A stretch of DNA of 64,000 nt from Vicugna vicugna (lineage: Eukaryota). The stretch covers positions 97,767 through 161,766 of the forward strand of contig MU057728.1 of assembly GCA_013265495.1 (NCBI GenBank). Reading direction: 5' to 3'. Position numbers and translations under genes: made by a program. This document shows positions 1 to 12,100 of this stretch, one piece after another (position 1 is the first letter of the stretch; each line of letters opens with the position of its first letter). A model generated the notes under the pieces. It searched no databases and was not told the origin of the DNA. It saw nothing but the letters and a program-made list of their open reading frames with translations.

Positions 1-210
1 GCTGTTAGAAGTCGGGACATTGGTTACCGTGGATGGGTGAAGGGAGCGGTGGTAGCACCCTGAGGGGGCTTCTAAGAGGGGAGGCAGGGCTCTCGTTCTT
101 CATCTGCGTGCTGATGACACGGAGTTTTCAGTTTGTGAAAATTGCATGAGCAGTAGTACGCTTATCTGAGCAATTTTCTGACAAATAGTGTATGTCAGGA
201 ACAAGTTCAA
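1..210 (+). mobile_element. Old LINE-1 3' end fragment (L1ME/L1MC-like)
   Basis: gttagaagtcgggacattggttacc...gagggggcttct...ttcagtttgtgaaaatt resembles old L1M 3' termini. Confidence 0.6.
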
Positions 211-218
211 AAGTAATC

Positions 219-342
219 GGGGGAGGGTATAGCTCAAAGGGTAGAGCTCATGCTTAGCACACAAGAAGTCCTGGGTTCAATCCCCAGTACCTCCTTGTCC
301 CCCCAAAATAAAAAAATTAAAAATTCAAAAATTTTAAAAAAA
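219..342 (+). mobile_element. tRNA-Ala-derived SINE (camelid Vic-1-like)
   Basis: ggggagggtatagctca...gcttagca...gggttcaatccccagtacctcc with A/B boxes and an A-rich tail; imperfect flanks aaaagtaat/aaaagtagt. Confidence 0.85.
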
Positions 343-344
343 GT

Positions 345-975
345 AGTTGACAAGGTATGTACACCAAAGAATTGAAAGCAGGGGCTCAAATAGATGCGTG
401 TATACCTGTGTTCATAGTAGCCTTATTCACAATAGCCAAAAGGTAGCAGCAACCCCAGTGTCCATTGATGGATGGATGGATAAACAAAAAGTGGTCTGTG
501 TGTCTAATGGGATATTATTCAGCCTTTAAAAAAAGAGAAATTGTGACACATGCTACAACTTGGAGGAACCTTAAAGCTAGATGCAAGAGGACAAAAAACG
601 TATGGTTGTACTTAGATGAGGTACCTGGATCGGTCAAATTCAGACAGAAAGTAGAAAGGTGGTTGCCAGGGACTAGGAGGAGAGGCGGCTTCGGAGGTTA
701 TTGTTGAATGGATATCAAGTTCCAGTTTGGGAAGGTGAAAAAGTTCTGGTGAGGGACAGCTTGTGATGGTTGCACATTATTAATGTGCTTAATGCCACTA
801 AACTGTACACTAAAAATTGGTCAATACATTTCGGGGGGCGGTGATATAGCTCAGTGGTAGAACACGTGCTTAGCATGCACGAGGTCCTGGGTTCCATCCC
901 CGGTACCTCCATTAAAAAATAAAAAGGATGGTAAGTTTTATGTACTGTGTATTTCACGATAATAGAAAATAAAAT
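345..975 (+). mobile_element. LINE-1 3' UTR (L1MB-like), interrupted by a SINE at 833-925
   Basis: ccaaagaattgaaagcaggg...ttattcacaatagccaaaagg...gacacatgctacaac...aatgccactaaactgtacac are typical L1MB motifs. Confidence 0.8.
833..925 (+). mobile_element. tRNA-Ala(AGC)-derived SINE (Vic-1-like) nested in L1
   Basis: tatagctcagtggtagaacacgtgcttagcatgcacgaggtcctgggttccatccccggtacctcca followed by an A tail. Confidence 0.85.
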
Positions 976-2441
976 AGATGACTGCAATAATGATTGACAG
1001 CACAAAGCCAGCTCAGCTGAGGGACCCGTGAGGAGCCCAAGAAGGGAGATCTGAGCACAGAGGGGCTCTGGGAACTGTTCCCAGGGTGGAGAGGGCCTGA
1101 TGTGACCTTGGAGGTAGCAGTAGGGTCAGAGCCGCCAGGCACACAGGCTGTGTCGAAACTGGCACCCTTGAGAGTGCTCACGCCAGCCTGGGTGAAACTT
1201 CTCTCTCACTGGCACATCTGGACCCAGCGTTTGCTACCACCCCACCCCCCTTGCCAGCGCCTGGGCCCCTGGCCGTGTCCTGACTTCAGTGCGGCATTCC
1301 CGGCAGGTCCTGGAGCCTGGGAGACTTCAGAGGAGGCAATCTGGCTCGTGGCAGGGCAGGATTTCCCACGTGGGCTTTATTCTGGGGAGTGAGAGGTTGG
1401 AACCACAGTCCTGACCTGACAGCCAGGGCCTGCTACCCGCAGGACATTTCAGAGTCAGAGTCAAGTTCTTCCATCCTCCAGGCTGTCCTGTGCCAGGCCC
1501 AGGCCCCGGTCACAGTGAGTGCCTCCAAGTGGGGCAGGGCTGGGGTGACCTGTTGCCCAGTCTCACTATGGGAACAGAGGCCCTGCTAACCGTGTGGAGG
1601 GCAAGAGACCCAGCTGCCCGGTCCTAGAGGAGCAGCCTTGCTCAGGGCCCACTGGGGGCAGAACTCCCCCTTCCCTCTGGGCCAGAATGCTGGGGAGCGA
1701 CGGGCAGGTGCTTGGTTTTCAGCGTCCCCTTTGGAATGGGAAGGCGGAGTGTTAACTCTTTTACCAGCAGGGACAGGGTTCCCAGAAAAGCTGCGTTCTG
1801 ACACCTGGACTTCTGGGGCCAGCCTGGCTGGTCAGCTCCAGCCACTCTGCCGGTCCCAGGACGGCTGCCTCTCCGGGGCCTTTTCTGGGGGTCTCTGGAG
1901 CTCAGGGTGTGGGGATGGTAGCCTGAAAAGGCTTAGAACATTTCTGGGATAGAAGGAAATGCTCTCAGCCAGCAGGTGGATGTAGGAGGCATTAATCCAG
2001 AATAATTTTTCCTGCTGAGACAGTTTTGTTATAAATCTAGGGAGACGTGGGAATTCCTTGGGGTTTGTGATATTATCCCTGGCTTCTACGCGGAGGGCAG
2101 AGTTGGGGCGAGGGTGTCATGCTATGAGGAACAGGATTTGCACCGAAAAGATTTTTTTTTTGGTTCCTTGCGATCTGGTATTTCTTTCTCCTCTTGTCTC
2201 TCCTCTGTTCATGCTATTGGTAGAGAAGAGGTAATTTATCTCTGGTTCTTTAGGAAATGTGGGAATCCTCGCCTCACCTCCACAACCTATGAGTAGGGTA
2301 GAAAAGGAGATAGCCCAAAGATAGAGGAGAGTGGGCTGAAGAGAAGGAAAAAGAAAAGAATGAACGGTGAGCAGATGGACCCTCGAGTTTTGATCAAAGC
2401 TTGGTAGTGTGAGGGTGGGGAAATCAAGAAATCTTCTAGGC

Positions 2442-2722
2442 CATTAGTTCCCAAAGTGCGATCTCAGGCTGCAAGAGCAGCACCTGGGAACTTCTTAGCA
2501 ACAGACCCCGCCTCAGACCCACTGAATCAGAATTTGCATTTTAACAAGATCCTCCTGGATGGACGGGAGGATAGCTCAGTGGTAGAGTGCCTGCTTCGCA
2601 TGCAAGGTCCTGGGTTCAAAACCCAGTACCTCCATTAAGAAATAAATAAATAAACCTAGTTACTTCCCTCCAAAACAGATTCTCCAGGTGATTCATGTGC
2701 ACCTTGAAGTTTGGGAGCACTA
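2442..2722. mobile_element. MER5A/MER5A1-like hAT-Charlie MITE, split by a SINE
   Basis: agcagcacctgggaactt...actgaatcagaatttgcattttaacaagatc [SINE] ccaggtgattcatgtgcacc...aagtttgggagcact. Confidence 0.75.
2557..2675 (+). mobile_element. tRNA-Ala-derived SINE (Vic-1-like) with target-site duplication
   Basis: gatagctcagtggtagagtg...gggttcaaaacccagtacctcc, then aaataaataaacctagttacttccctcc. Approximate TSD aacaagatcctcc (2543-2555) / aacagattctcc (2674-2685). Confidence 0.85.
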
Positions 2723-3029
2723 AGCACTAACTGGGCCCAGAGATATGAAGTGGCTTGTCTGTGATCCCACAGATTGATAATGGCGGGGGTGGGACTTCCC
2801 TCCTGCTATGTAGGTGAGATGGGGCAGTAGTATGTACCTGTCGGTACCAAGGATTTGTGTCTGAAAGAATCTGTTTGCGTTGTGTATCTTGGGGACAAAA
2901 GTTTTGAAGTTGGAGATATGCCTTTGAGTTAACAGACAGAACTGAGTACCCTAAGTGCTGTGGGCTTGGTTTTGATCCTTGATTTGACATCAGGTCATGA
3001 CATTTCAGACATACTTTTTTCTGTCATCC

Positions 3030-3083
3030 TCACCACCACCACCACCACCACCACCATCATCACCACCACCGTTATCATCATCA
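3030..3083. repeat. (CAC)n/(CAT)n trinucleotide microsatellite
   Basis: caccaccaccaccaccaccaccaccatcatcaccaccaccgttatcatcatcat. Confidence 0.9.
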
Positions 3084-3084
3084 T

Positions 3085-3290
3085 AGTGCTGACCCTTTAT
3101 CTAGCACCCACTGGGATCCATGCCCTGTGCTTAATACACAGGTTATTTCACCCATCACACCAGCCACATACTAATCTCATTTAAAACTGGGGAAACTGAG
3201 GCTCAGGGAGATAAGTATGTAATGTGCCCACGGTCACTCATCTGGATAATAGAAGACCTGGAATTTGGACTCCATGGGTCCCATGTGATT
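3085..3290 (-). mobile_element. MIR SINE
   Basis: ggggaaactgaggctcagggag...tgcccacggtcact is the MIR core in antisense. Confidence 0.7.
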
Positions 3291-3887
3291 CCAACATCAC
3301 ACTTATTTATACTTGGGAGGTAAGGTAAAACTGTAGTACGTTGTGTATTTGTGACATACTCCAAATTCTGTGATTCTGGGGCAGAAGTTATCCCGTAAAT
3401 GCCAAATTTGTTTAGTTATTATTACCATATGTTAAAATGTATCAAGGCATTTTATGATATAAACACAAATGTCTGTGTCAGTTTAAGTTTCCATATGCAT
3501 TCTAATTGTATTTTAATTACAGACTGAAATGGAAATTCTGTATACTTCAGCCAGCTGGGAGAAAAGAATCCTAAATGCTCAAATAAAATGTGATTTATGC
3601 TGTTGCAAAAACAAATGTGAAGAACATGTGGGTACTATCGCCCTAGTTACGATTGTCTCCAGATTATATATTTTAAGAGAAAGAGAAAGTCGGGGGGTGG
3701 GGGTGGAGGGAGCTCTGTGTAAACACAGAAACATTGGATTCGATTTACAGCTTGTTCAGCTGGACATAGATGCCCAGGGTATTTACCAATTTCTCCCAGC
3801 TCCTCCATGGGTTGGGCTGATTGGTTTATTGTATTTTCAGCCTGTGGTGCTGGTGGGGTGGCGAGTGGTTCGTGAAACATTTGCTGG

Positions 3888-4310
3888 ACTTGGATTGGTC
3901 AGGGTTCTTAGCTGTAAATAACAGAATCCACTACACAAAGCTCAAGGGATCCATTAAAGAATTTAGGTAACTCTCAGAATTGTTGGAAGGGCTGCAGAAA
4001 AGACTCCAACAAAGACACTGAATCTCTCCCAGAACAAGCCGCCAGGCGAGCTGCTGCCTTTGCCACAGTCAGGAAGTTGCAGAAGCAGACAGTGGAGCCT
4101 TGGCCGCCAGCTCCAGAACCACAGCCCCCCAGCGTTGCCCCCTCCCCCCACCAGGGAAGGATGTCCCCGCCCTGGCTCTTTCTCTGCGGATTCACACGGA
4201 AGCCTAACTAGCAGAGCCCAAATCACATGCAGGCTTAGCTGCAAGGGAGTCAGGGAAGGGTTCCAGCTGTCCAGCCCCTGGGTGTCAATCAGACAATCCA
4301 CAGCCAGCTT
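3888..4310 (-). mobile_element. Old MaLR LTR (MLT1-family) fragment
   Basis: tggattggtcagggttcttagctgtaaataacagaatccact resembles an MLT1 terminus; 3' boundary uncertain. Confidence 0.5.
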
Positions 4311-4639
4311 TGCCTTGAAAGATAAATATAGTGTTCAACTTCATCATTTTTATGTTAGAATTTGAGAACTTAAGACATTGTTCAATAAACATAGCAAATA
4401 GACTGACCTAGAATGCCTATGAGGGCAGGCCTACGGCGGTATGGAAGGCATTCTCAGACCCATCTCCAAATCCCAACCATCCATCTTTCAAGGCTGCAGT
4501 GCCACCTCCTCCAGGAAGCCTTCCTCCCAAGATGGAGGTGTCTGTCCTCTGCATTCTCTGAACACTTGATCTGCCCATTCTCTCAGAAATTATGATATTC
4601 TCTTTCATTTGATAGTTATGTGCGTCCATGTTTTCTCTT

Positions 4640-5560
4640 CCATATAATTCTTTTTGACGTTTTTTGTTTAATAAGAGACCATGGCTGATACAGTATCTTT
4701 GAAGTATCTTTCATTCTCCTGTTTAGTTCCATTAAACTCCCTTCCTCCCAGGGGTAAATAGCATAGTCAACTTATCTTCCCATATCTTTTTCAACTTGTA
4801 CTGCATTGAAGTATCTATGCACAATACGGAGTGTTGCTTTGTGAGTTGACGAGTTTATCTAAATGCTGTTTTTCCAGACGTATCATTTTACAACTTGCTG
4901 TGTTTCTAAGATGTATCCATGTTGCTTCATAGGGTTCTGCTTCATTCATTTTAAGGGTTATATGATATGACATTGAATAAACAAGCTACAATTCATTCAT
5001 CCATTTCCAACTGATGGCCATTCAGATCCTTCCCCTGCTTTTTTCTTATTACAGACATTACTGCAATAAGCAGCTTTATCTTTCCTTCCCAGGGTCACAG
5101 ATGAGATTTTTCTAGGATGGACACCAAAACCCATAATTGTTTGGCTGTTTCCAGCACTGCTAGATGCTGTCCAATTGCTGTCCAAGATGATTGCTCCAAT
5201 TTCCACCGGCTCTCCTTGGAGGATTTCATTCCTCCCCACTGTAGCTAATACTTGATAGTGTCAGAGTCGTGTATTTCTGCCAGTCCAATGGGTGTACTAT
5301 TTAAATTTGCATTTGCATTGTTGTTTGATTTGCATAGACCTGATGGTTAGTGAGGTTGAGCATCTTTTCATAGGTTTATTGGCAGCTCAGGTTTCCTTTT
5401 GTGTAACATGCATCTTCATAGCTATTGTGTATGTATATTCTATTGGTTTGTCTTTTTCTTATTTATTTGTTACGTTCTTTATATATTCTGGATACCAGTC
5501 CTTTGTTATCTGTGCTGCTGTTATTTTTTCCCGGTCTGTCATTATCCTTTTCGCCTTCTG
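4640..5560 (-). mobile_element. Old LINE-1 (L1ME-like), antisense
   Basis: atccatgttgc...ttcattcattttaa...gatggccatt...tagtgaggttgagcatcttttcataggtttattggc. Confidence 0.75.
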
Positions 5561-5767
5561 TCCTCTGTATCCTCCAATGTGATTTTGGTTCATGCAAATG
5601 CCTGAATGAGGGCAGAATGGTGTTTCCCCACCAGACACTGCCTGGCTCAGAACCTCAGCATCTCCATCAGCGAGAAAACCTGAGTCCTTTCAGGTGCTAC
5701 CCTTTGAGGTGGGAAAAGCAGGGTTCCTTACCTGTTCCCCCACCACTTACATCTTTCTCTATCTTGG

Positions 5768-6215
5768 TGTATTAGCTTCTAGGGCTGCCATGACGAATTA
5801 TCACAAACTGCGTGGCTTAAAACAGCAGAAGTTTATTTTCTCATGGCTCAGGAGGCCAGAAGTCTGAGATCAAGGTCTTGGCAGGACTGGTTCCTTCTGG
5901 AAGCTCTGAGGAAGAATTCGGTTCCTGCCCCTCCCTGGCTTTTCGTGGCTACTGGCATCCTTCGGGGTTCTTGACTTGTAGACACGTTCCTCCAGTCTCC
6001 ACCTCTGTCTTCACATGACCTTCCTTCCCTTCTTAATATCTCTGGGGCTTCTCCTTTTCTGTTTCTTACAAAGACACCTTAAATCCAGGATGATCTCATA
6101 TCAGGATCCTTAACTGCGTTACATCTGCAAAGACCCTGTTTCTAATTAAGGTCGTATTCACAGGGACCAGGAATTAGGATGTGGGCATATTTTGGGGGGC
6201 TGTTCGAACCCCTGC
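5768..6215 (-). mobile_element. MaLR LTR (MLT1C/D-like)
   Basis: tgtattagcttctagggctgccatgacgaattatcacaaactgcgtggcttaaaacagcagaagtttatt...acatctgcaaagaccctgtttc. Confidence 0.85.
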
Positions 6216-6242
6216 ATTATCCCTGAGAACAGCTAGGTCAGG

Positions 6243-6275
6243 GTGTGTGTGTGTGTATATGTTTGTGTGTGTGTG
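6243..6275. repeat. Imperfect (GT)n microsatellite
   Basis: gtgtgtgtgtgtgtatatgtttgtgtgtgtgtg. Confidence 0.85.
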
Positions 6276-6638
6276 AAGAGGGTGCAGCGCTGGGAGGATG
6301 TAGAGGAGGAGCCGTACGTGCTGAGAGGCCAGTACGTTCAGTGAGCTGCCTTCCCCCAGAGAGGCGTGGCCATGCATGTGGGACGTTGTCGTCTATCACA
6401 TTTTCTGTCTGTTCAGAGTCCCAGAAGACAGGCAGTGAGTATATAGGATGATGCCCCCTGGCTGAGCGTCACCCCGCCCCCGTGGAGCTGAGCAGGTGGC
6501 CGTATCCCCCGCAGAAGTGGGCCGAGACAGGACCAACTGCAGTCCACTCTGCCCATGAACGGATATTGAACTTGTTCAGATCCTGCCCTTTAGAAGATAA
6601 AGGAAAACAAACAGGACCCATAGGAAAAATAGAAGCAT

Positions 6639-7270
6639 CGATCAATCCCCGTTATTTGGGGATTCCATATTAGTGAATTTACCTACTCACTGAAGTCTGT
6701 GTGTGCCCCCCAGAAACAGCCCTCGTGGCCCCGTCACAGTCACCCTGGTGCAAGCAGAGCAGGGAGGAATCTGAGTCACCCGAGGTGCACGTTCCCAGCT
6801 GAGGTCTCACAAGGCGACAGCCTTTCCGTTTCAGCTCATACTATAAACAAGCATCCTTTTTGTGGTCACTTGGTGCCACATTTTTTGAATTTTTCTGCTT
6901 TTTGTTGATGATTTCGCTGTTTGAAATGGCCCCCAAGTGTAGGGCTGAAGTGCTGTCTAGTGCCCTAAGCGCAAGAAGGCAGTGGCTGGCCTCACGGAGA
7001 AACCGCATGTTAGATAAGCTTCTTTCGGGCGTGAGTTACGGGGCTGTTGGCCATGAGCTCCATGCTGATAAGTCAACAGTGTATATTAAATAAGGTGTCT
7101 TTAAACAGCCACAAGCATACAACAAGATTAAGTATCGATCCCTTTGCAAAAACTCTGTAGCCAGAGACTGGTAGGAACCTACTGCTGTTCCCTTAGGAGC
7201 AGTGGTTCAGTATTTGCACATTGAGGATTCCCACATCCTTATAGGGTATGACCACCAAGGGAATCAATTT
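6639..7270 (+). mobile_element. TcMar-Tigger non-autonomous element (MER82-like), near full length
   Basis: Matches the recalled MER82 consensus: gttcccagctgaggtc...aaatggcccccaagtgtagggctgaagtgctgtctag...tatattaaataaggtgtctttaaacag. Termini are degenerate. Confidence 0.8.
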
Positions 7271-7751
7271 GCATCTGAAAGAGCCCACCTCTGGAAAGGA
7301 TCATGTCACAGGATCCAGGAGCAGGTGTCAGGAAATTGGCACCCTCAAGTGACAAGAAGATATTCTCTGTGTCACTGAAGCCAGCATTCCTCAGCTGAGG
7401 ACAGTCTGAGGTTAAAAGGGAGCAGGATAAGATGGACATAGAGATGGAATACTGGGATACAGGGAAAGATTACAAGAAAACTAAGACATTAACTGCAGGA
7501 TCAAAATCCACTTAACGTGCAGTAAGGAGAGAAAAAAATGTGGCCAACAATGGATTAGTTAAAAAGCTCTAGTATAGCTATAAGGTGACAAGTGTATGAT
7601 TCAGCTATTAGGTATATTTACAAAATAATCATATACAATATAGTTACTTATTGACTTAAAAAGGAATAAGGGAAAAAGGACTATTAAAATAGTATGAGCA
7701 TGTGATGAGTTTTTAACTCCTTTTTTAAAAAAAAAGTCTATGTGCTTACTT

Positions 7752-8246
7752 ACAACCTAAATGTCCATCAAAAGATGCTTGGGTGAAGATGTGGTATATA
7801 TACAATGGAATACTACTCAGCCATAAAAAGAATGAACTAATGCCATTTGCAGCCACATGGATGGACCTAGAGATTGTCATACTAATTGAAGTAAGTCAGA
7901 CAAAGACAAATATCATATGATATCACTTACATGTGGAATCTAAAAAAAATGATGCAAATGAACTTATTTACAAAACAAACAGACTCAGACATAGAAAGCA
8001 AATTTATGGTTACCAAATGGGAAAGAGGGGAATGGTTAAATTAGGAGTTTGGGATTAGCAGATACAAATGACTATATATAAAATAGATAAACAACCAGGT
8101 CCTACTGTATAGCACAGGGAACTATATTCTATAACTTGTAATAACCTATAATGTAAAAGAATAGATATATGCATAACTGAATCACTATGCTGTACACCAG
8201 AAACTAACACAACATTGTAAATCAAATATACTTCAATTATAAAAAA
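7752..8246 (+). mobile_element. 5'-truncated lineage-specific (cetartiodactyl-type) LINE-1 3' end with ~21-bp TSD
   Basis: gcagccacatggatggacctagagatt...ctactgtatagcacagggaactatatt...ctgtacaccagaaactaacacaacattgtaaatc. TSD aaaagtctatgtgcttactta (7732-7752) / aaaagcatacgtgcttactta (8243-8263). Confidence 0.9.
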
Positions 8247-11200
8247 GCATACGTGCTTACTTAGAAAGGTCTGGATGACTATATTAAGGTATTTAGGTTG
8301 GGATAAAGGTTACTTTTAGTCTGTCACATGCATACGTTTATGTAATGTTTGCTTTTTTTTTGCAAATAATTTATTGATGGATTACTTGAGTTAAAAAATT
8401 AAAGTAGGGATAAAGAGGGAAAGGGGTTACAGTGTAAACTGCTGGGAGCCCTTCCTCTGCCTCTGTTCTCTCCTGGCCCCTGGGCCCCCCGACTGGCTGA
8501 ACCACCTGTGTCTGTGCTTGTCTCCCTCTTTAGACTGTGAGCCACGTAAGGGCAGTCTTTGTATTTCTACAAGCTGACCCAGTGGAATGGTCAGGGCATC
8601 TTGGAGGGGAGGAGAGGCGAGTGTGAGGCAGGGAGCATCCTTGGGGCTGCCTTGGTCCGGACAGCTCTCCCCACCTTCAGTCCAAGCTCCTTCCAGGTGG
8701 AGCCTTGGCACCTGGGAGGGTCCAGGGGAGGTGGGCAAATGAAGAACTGATGCCTTGAGCCCGTTCATCCCGGTGACCAGCAGGTGTGTTGAGGCTAATT
8801 CAAGGCTTTTGAGAAAACCTTTCGCATTTTGGATGGGAGTTGGGGCATCGGAGGCAGCTCAGTCGGATTCTCCGAAGGTCCAGTGTTGGGGTTGGCTCAG
8901 CATGTCTCTGCAGGTGCGTGGGCATCCTGCTCACCAGTCCCAGAGCTTATGTCCGGGAGAGAAAGCCTCGTCTCTGCTGAAAGCGTGTCCTTGTCCACAG
9001 AGGTTCCTGGAGCTGGACAGATCCCGCTGAAATCCTGAGAAGGATTTGATAAATGCTGTAAATGCTCCCACTCGTGCGAGCGCTGGAGTTAATTTAGAAA
9101 CCAGCTTCACAAACACAATCAGGAGGCCTCTGAGGGAAAGAAGGCAGGCGGGAGCGAGGTCTACGTGCTGACTCATCTTCCCCCAGGGGTGGTGACACAC
9201 GGCTCTGACATTTCCCGAGGCCGCAGCCCCCAGAGACACAGGCCAGGCCGCACTGAGGTCCTGGACCGGGCAGCCTCCGATGGATGCCGGAGGAGGGCCG
9301 GCGGGGAGAGTGGAGGCGGAGGTCCCCGCCGACTCCTAAGCTTTGGAGGGACCTCCTCTCCCCTTCTCTGGACAGTCGAAGAATTTTCCTCTCATAAACA
9401 AAACAAACAGGGACTGCTGGGTGGAGGCCCCAGGGACAGGCTGGGTGGCCATTTCCTCAACCTCTGCATTTGTTTCTCCAAGGGGCAGATTGTGGAAGCT
9501 TCTCAGAGGCCCGGAAAGCCGCCTGTGGGTCTCATCGTCTTATTTGGTTAACCGAGTGCCATGGCCTCTCGGTGCTGGCGAGGGCTCTGTTGTTCTTGGA
9601 GGAGAGGCAGTGAGCCTTTCAGACCCTTGTCTGCACAGGCAGGGGGCCCTGCAGCGCACACAGCGAGGGAGCAGGTGCCCCTCGGCGAGGGCAGGCGGTG
9701 TGGGCTGGTGGGCAGAGCCCCCCGCGGGGTCGGGAAGCAGCCCCGAGTTGTGACCCATCTGCCCACCAACCAGCTGCGAGACCTCCGCAGCCCTTCACGT
9801 CCCTGGGCCTTCGAGGCCCCACTTTTGTGCCAGAAGGTCAAGCTGGATGGTCTTTGGCATCTCTGCCGGCTGTGTGCTTCGTGAACCATGGCAGGGGCTG
9901 CTGTGATGGTGGGGGTTCCTCCTGAGGCCCCTTCCTCCCCTGCCCCCCTTTCTCTTCCACATCTCTTGACTTCCCCTTGTTTTGCTTCTGAAGCCATTCT
10001 GTGGAGGCGAAGAAGATGGTGCTTGCCTCAGCTTGAAAACTGGGGCCAGCAAACACTGCCATCCATCACATTCTCATTGTCACTTTGGAAGGTCCCAGAA
10101 GGTCAGCTTCCAATCGCCCCTCAGTACAGAGTCTTATTTGTATTGCCCGGGGGACTGCCTTTCACAGGCCGCGGGGGAAAATACCCCTTGTCCTCCCTAG
10201 AAAAGGTGCTAAGACACGGATTATTCTGAAATGAGGCAAGAAGAAGAAAAGGTAGGAGGACTTTCCAGGACATTAAAGAGCAAGTGTGGGACAGAAATAG
10301 TTTTCAAGTGTTGAGGGCATCCTGCTTATTTCACCTACTGTTGTTGAGGATATCTTGTCTGCTTTCAGGAAGGATTTGTGGCCGAGGTACAAGGGGTGGC
10401 TTTTGAGATGAAAATGTGTATTGTGATTCCCTGAATGGGGTGTGGGAGAGGGGCTGGGACGGCCCCCCCGCTGGGCGGAGGAGGGGCCTTGGTCCGGCCC
10501 AGCCGGGAGTGACACTGGGGAAGTGGCAAGGCGTGAAAGGGTGCTTTTAGGAAAGTCTGGATCAGACATGATGTTATAGGAAAAAATGCAGTGTCTAAGG
10601 AAAGAGAGCGTGCATAGAGAGAAAGCCGGGGGACAGGGCAGGGAGGCAGGGAGGACATAAAGCAGATTGTCATCGGGAGCCCGGGGAAAGGGGCTGCCTG
10701 GCAGCAGGGGCCGGGCTGCTGCCTGGAGGGAAAGTGGTAAAGGATGCTCTGCTTCCCCAGGGAAGGCCGGGCGTTGGGGTGGAGCGGTTGTGGATTGGCT
10801 GGTGATGCCAAGAGTCAGGCCTGCACATTTCTGAAGCATGAGGACAGGCAGAGCCTCAGACAGAGCCGCTAGCCCTTGGTCTGTGCCCAGAGGAGTGACT
10901 GTTGCCTTGGGAAGCCTCCCCTGAGTAGGGCTCGTCCCCCTCCTTGACCTCCAAACCTTTGGGGGTCGGGGAGAGGGTCCACTGTAGGGGAAAGGGAGTC
11001 ATCTTGCCCAAGACCCCCTTTGGAAAGGACTGCGAAGAGTGGAATCTTCCCCCCTTGTCCCCTCCGTATTGTAAGTGAAGGGGGTCGGGTGCCACATCTT
11101 GAGCTGCGAGCAGCTTCTGGAAGTGTTTGTTAGCGAGGACCATGGACCATAATGCCTGGCTCCAAACCCTGGCTCTTGCCAAGTGACCGGGGGCTGGTTA

Positions 11201-11254
11201 ATCTTTGTGCCCGATTTCCTCAGTTCCTGCTTCAAAAGGATGTGAAGATCCAGT

Positions 11255-12100
11255 TAATTCTTTTTAAAAACTGAGGCACAGTTCACACATCACATAATGC
11301 ACCCATTCAAGGTATGTAGTTCAGTGGCTTTTAGTATATTCAGAGTTGTGCAACCATCACCACCATCAGCTTTCATCATCCCAAAAAGAAGTGCTGTATT
11401 CATCAGCTGTCACCCCCCATTTCCTTCTGTCCACCCACCCCCTTTCCTGGCCCTCGGCAGCCAGTATTCTACTTTCTGCCTGTAGACTTGCCTATTCTGG
11501 GCATTTCATAGAATGTGGTCTTTTGTGACTGGCCTCTTCCCCTTAGCATCCTCATCCCCAGGTTCATCTGTGTAGTAGCCTGTGTTAGAACTTCATTCCT
11601 TCTTATGGCCGAGTAATATTCCATTGTACGGTTATGCCGTATTTTATTTAGCCATTCACCAGTTGATGGACATTTGGGTTGTTGCCGCTGTTTTGGCTGT
11701 TGTCAGTAATGCTGCTGTGAACATTTGTGCATAGGTTTTTGTGTGGACACGTGTTGCCACTTCTCTTGGGTGTATACCCAGGAGTGGGGTTCCTGGGCCA
11801 TGTGGTAACTCTAACTTTTGGAGGAACTGCCGGACTGTTTTCCAAAGCAGCTGCACCATTTTACGTTCCCACCAGGAGCGACGCAGGAGGGTTCCACTTT
11901 CTCCGTATCCTCGCCGCACTTGTTAACGTGTGTCTCATCACCCGGTGGGTGTGCAGTGCTCTCTCGTTGTGGTTTTGATTTGCATCTCCCTGGATGGCTG
12001 GTGGTGTTAAGCCTCTTTTCCTGTGCTTATTGGCCATTTGTTCATTTTCTTGGAGAAGCGTCCATTCGGATCCTTTGCCCGTTTTAATGGGTAAGTCAGG
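11255..12100 (-). mobile_element. LINE-1 3' region (L1MB-like), antisense
   Basis: ttcagtggcttttagtatattcagagttgtgcaaccatcacc...ccagttgatggacatttgggttg...ttttccaaagcagctgcaccattttac. Confidence 0.85.

Noticed and set aside
833..911. Apparent tRNA-Ala(AGC) gene
   Set aside because: The acceptor stem is mismatched, the B box is altered, it has an A-rich tail and it sits inside an L1. It is a SINE; the same applies to the copies at 219, 2557 and 14816.
2960..3184. ORF with poly-Thr/Ile
   Set aside because: Produced by the (CAC/CAT)n microsatellite and the adjacent MIR.
5292..5775. Hydrophobic ORFs resembling membrane proteins
   Set aside because: Translation of T-rich antisense L1 sequence.
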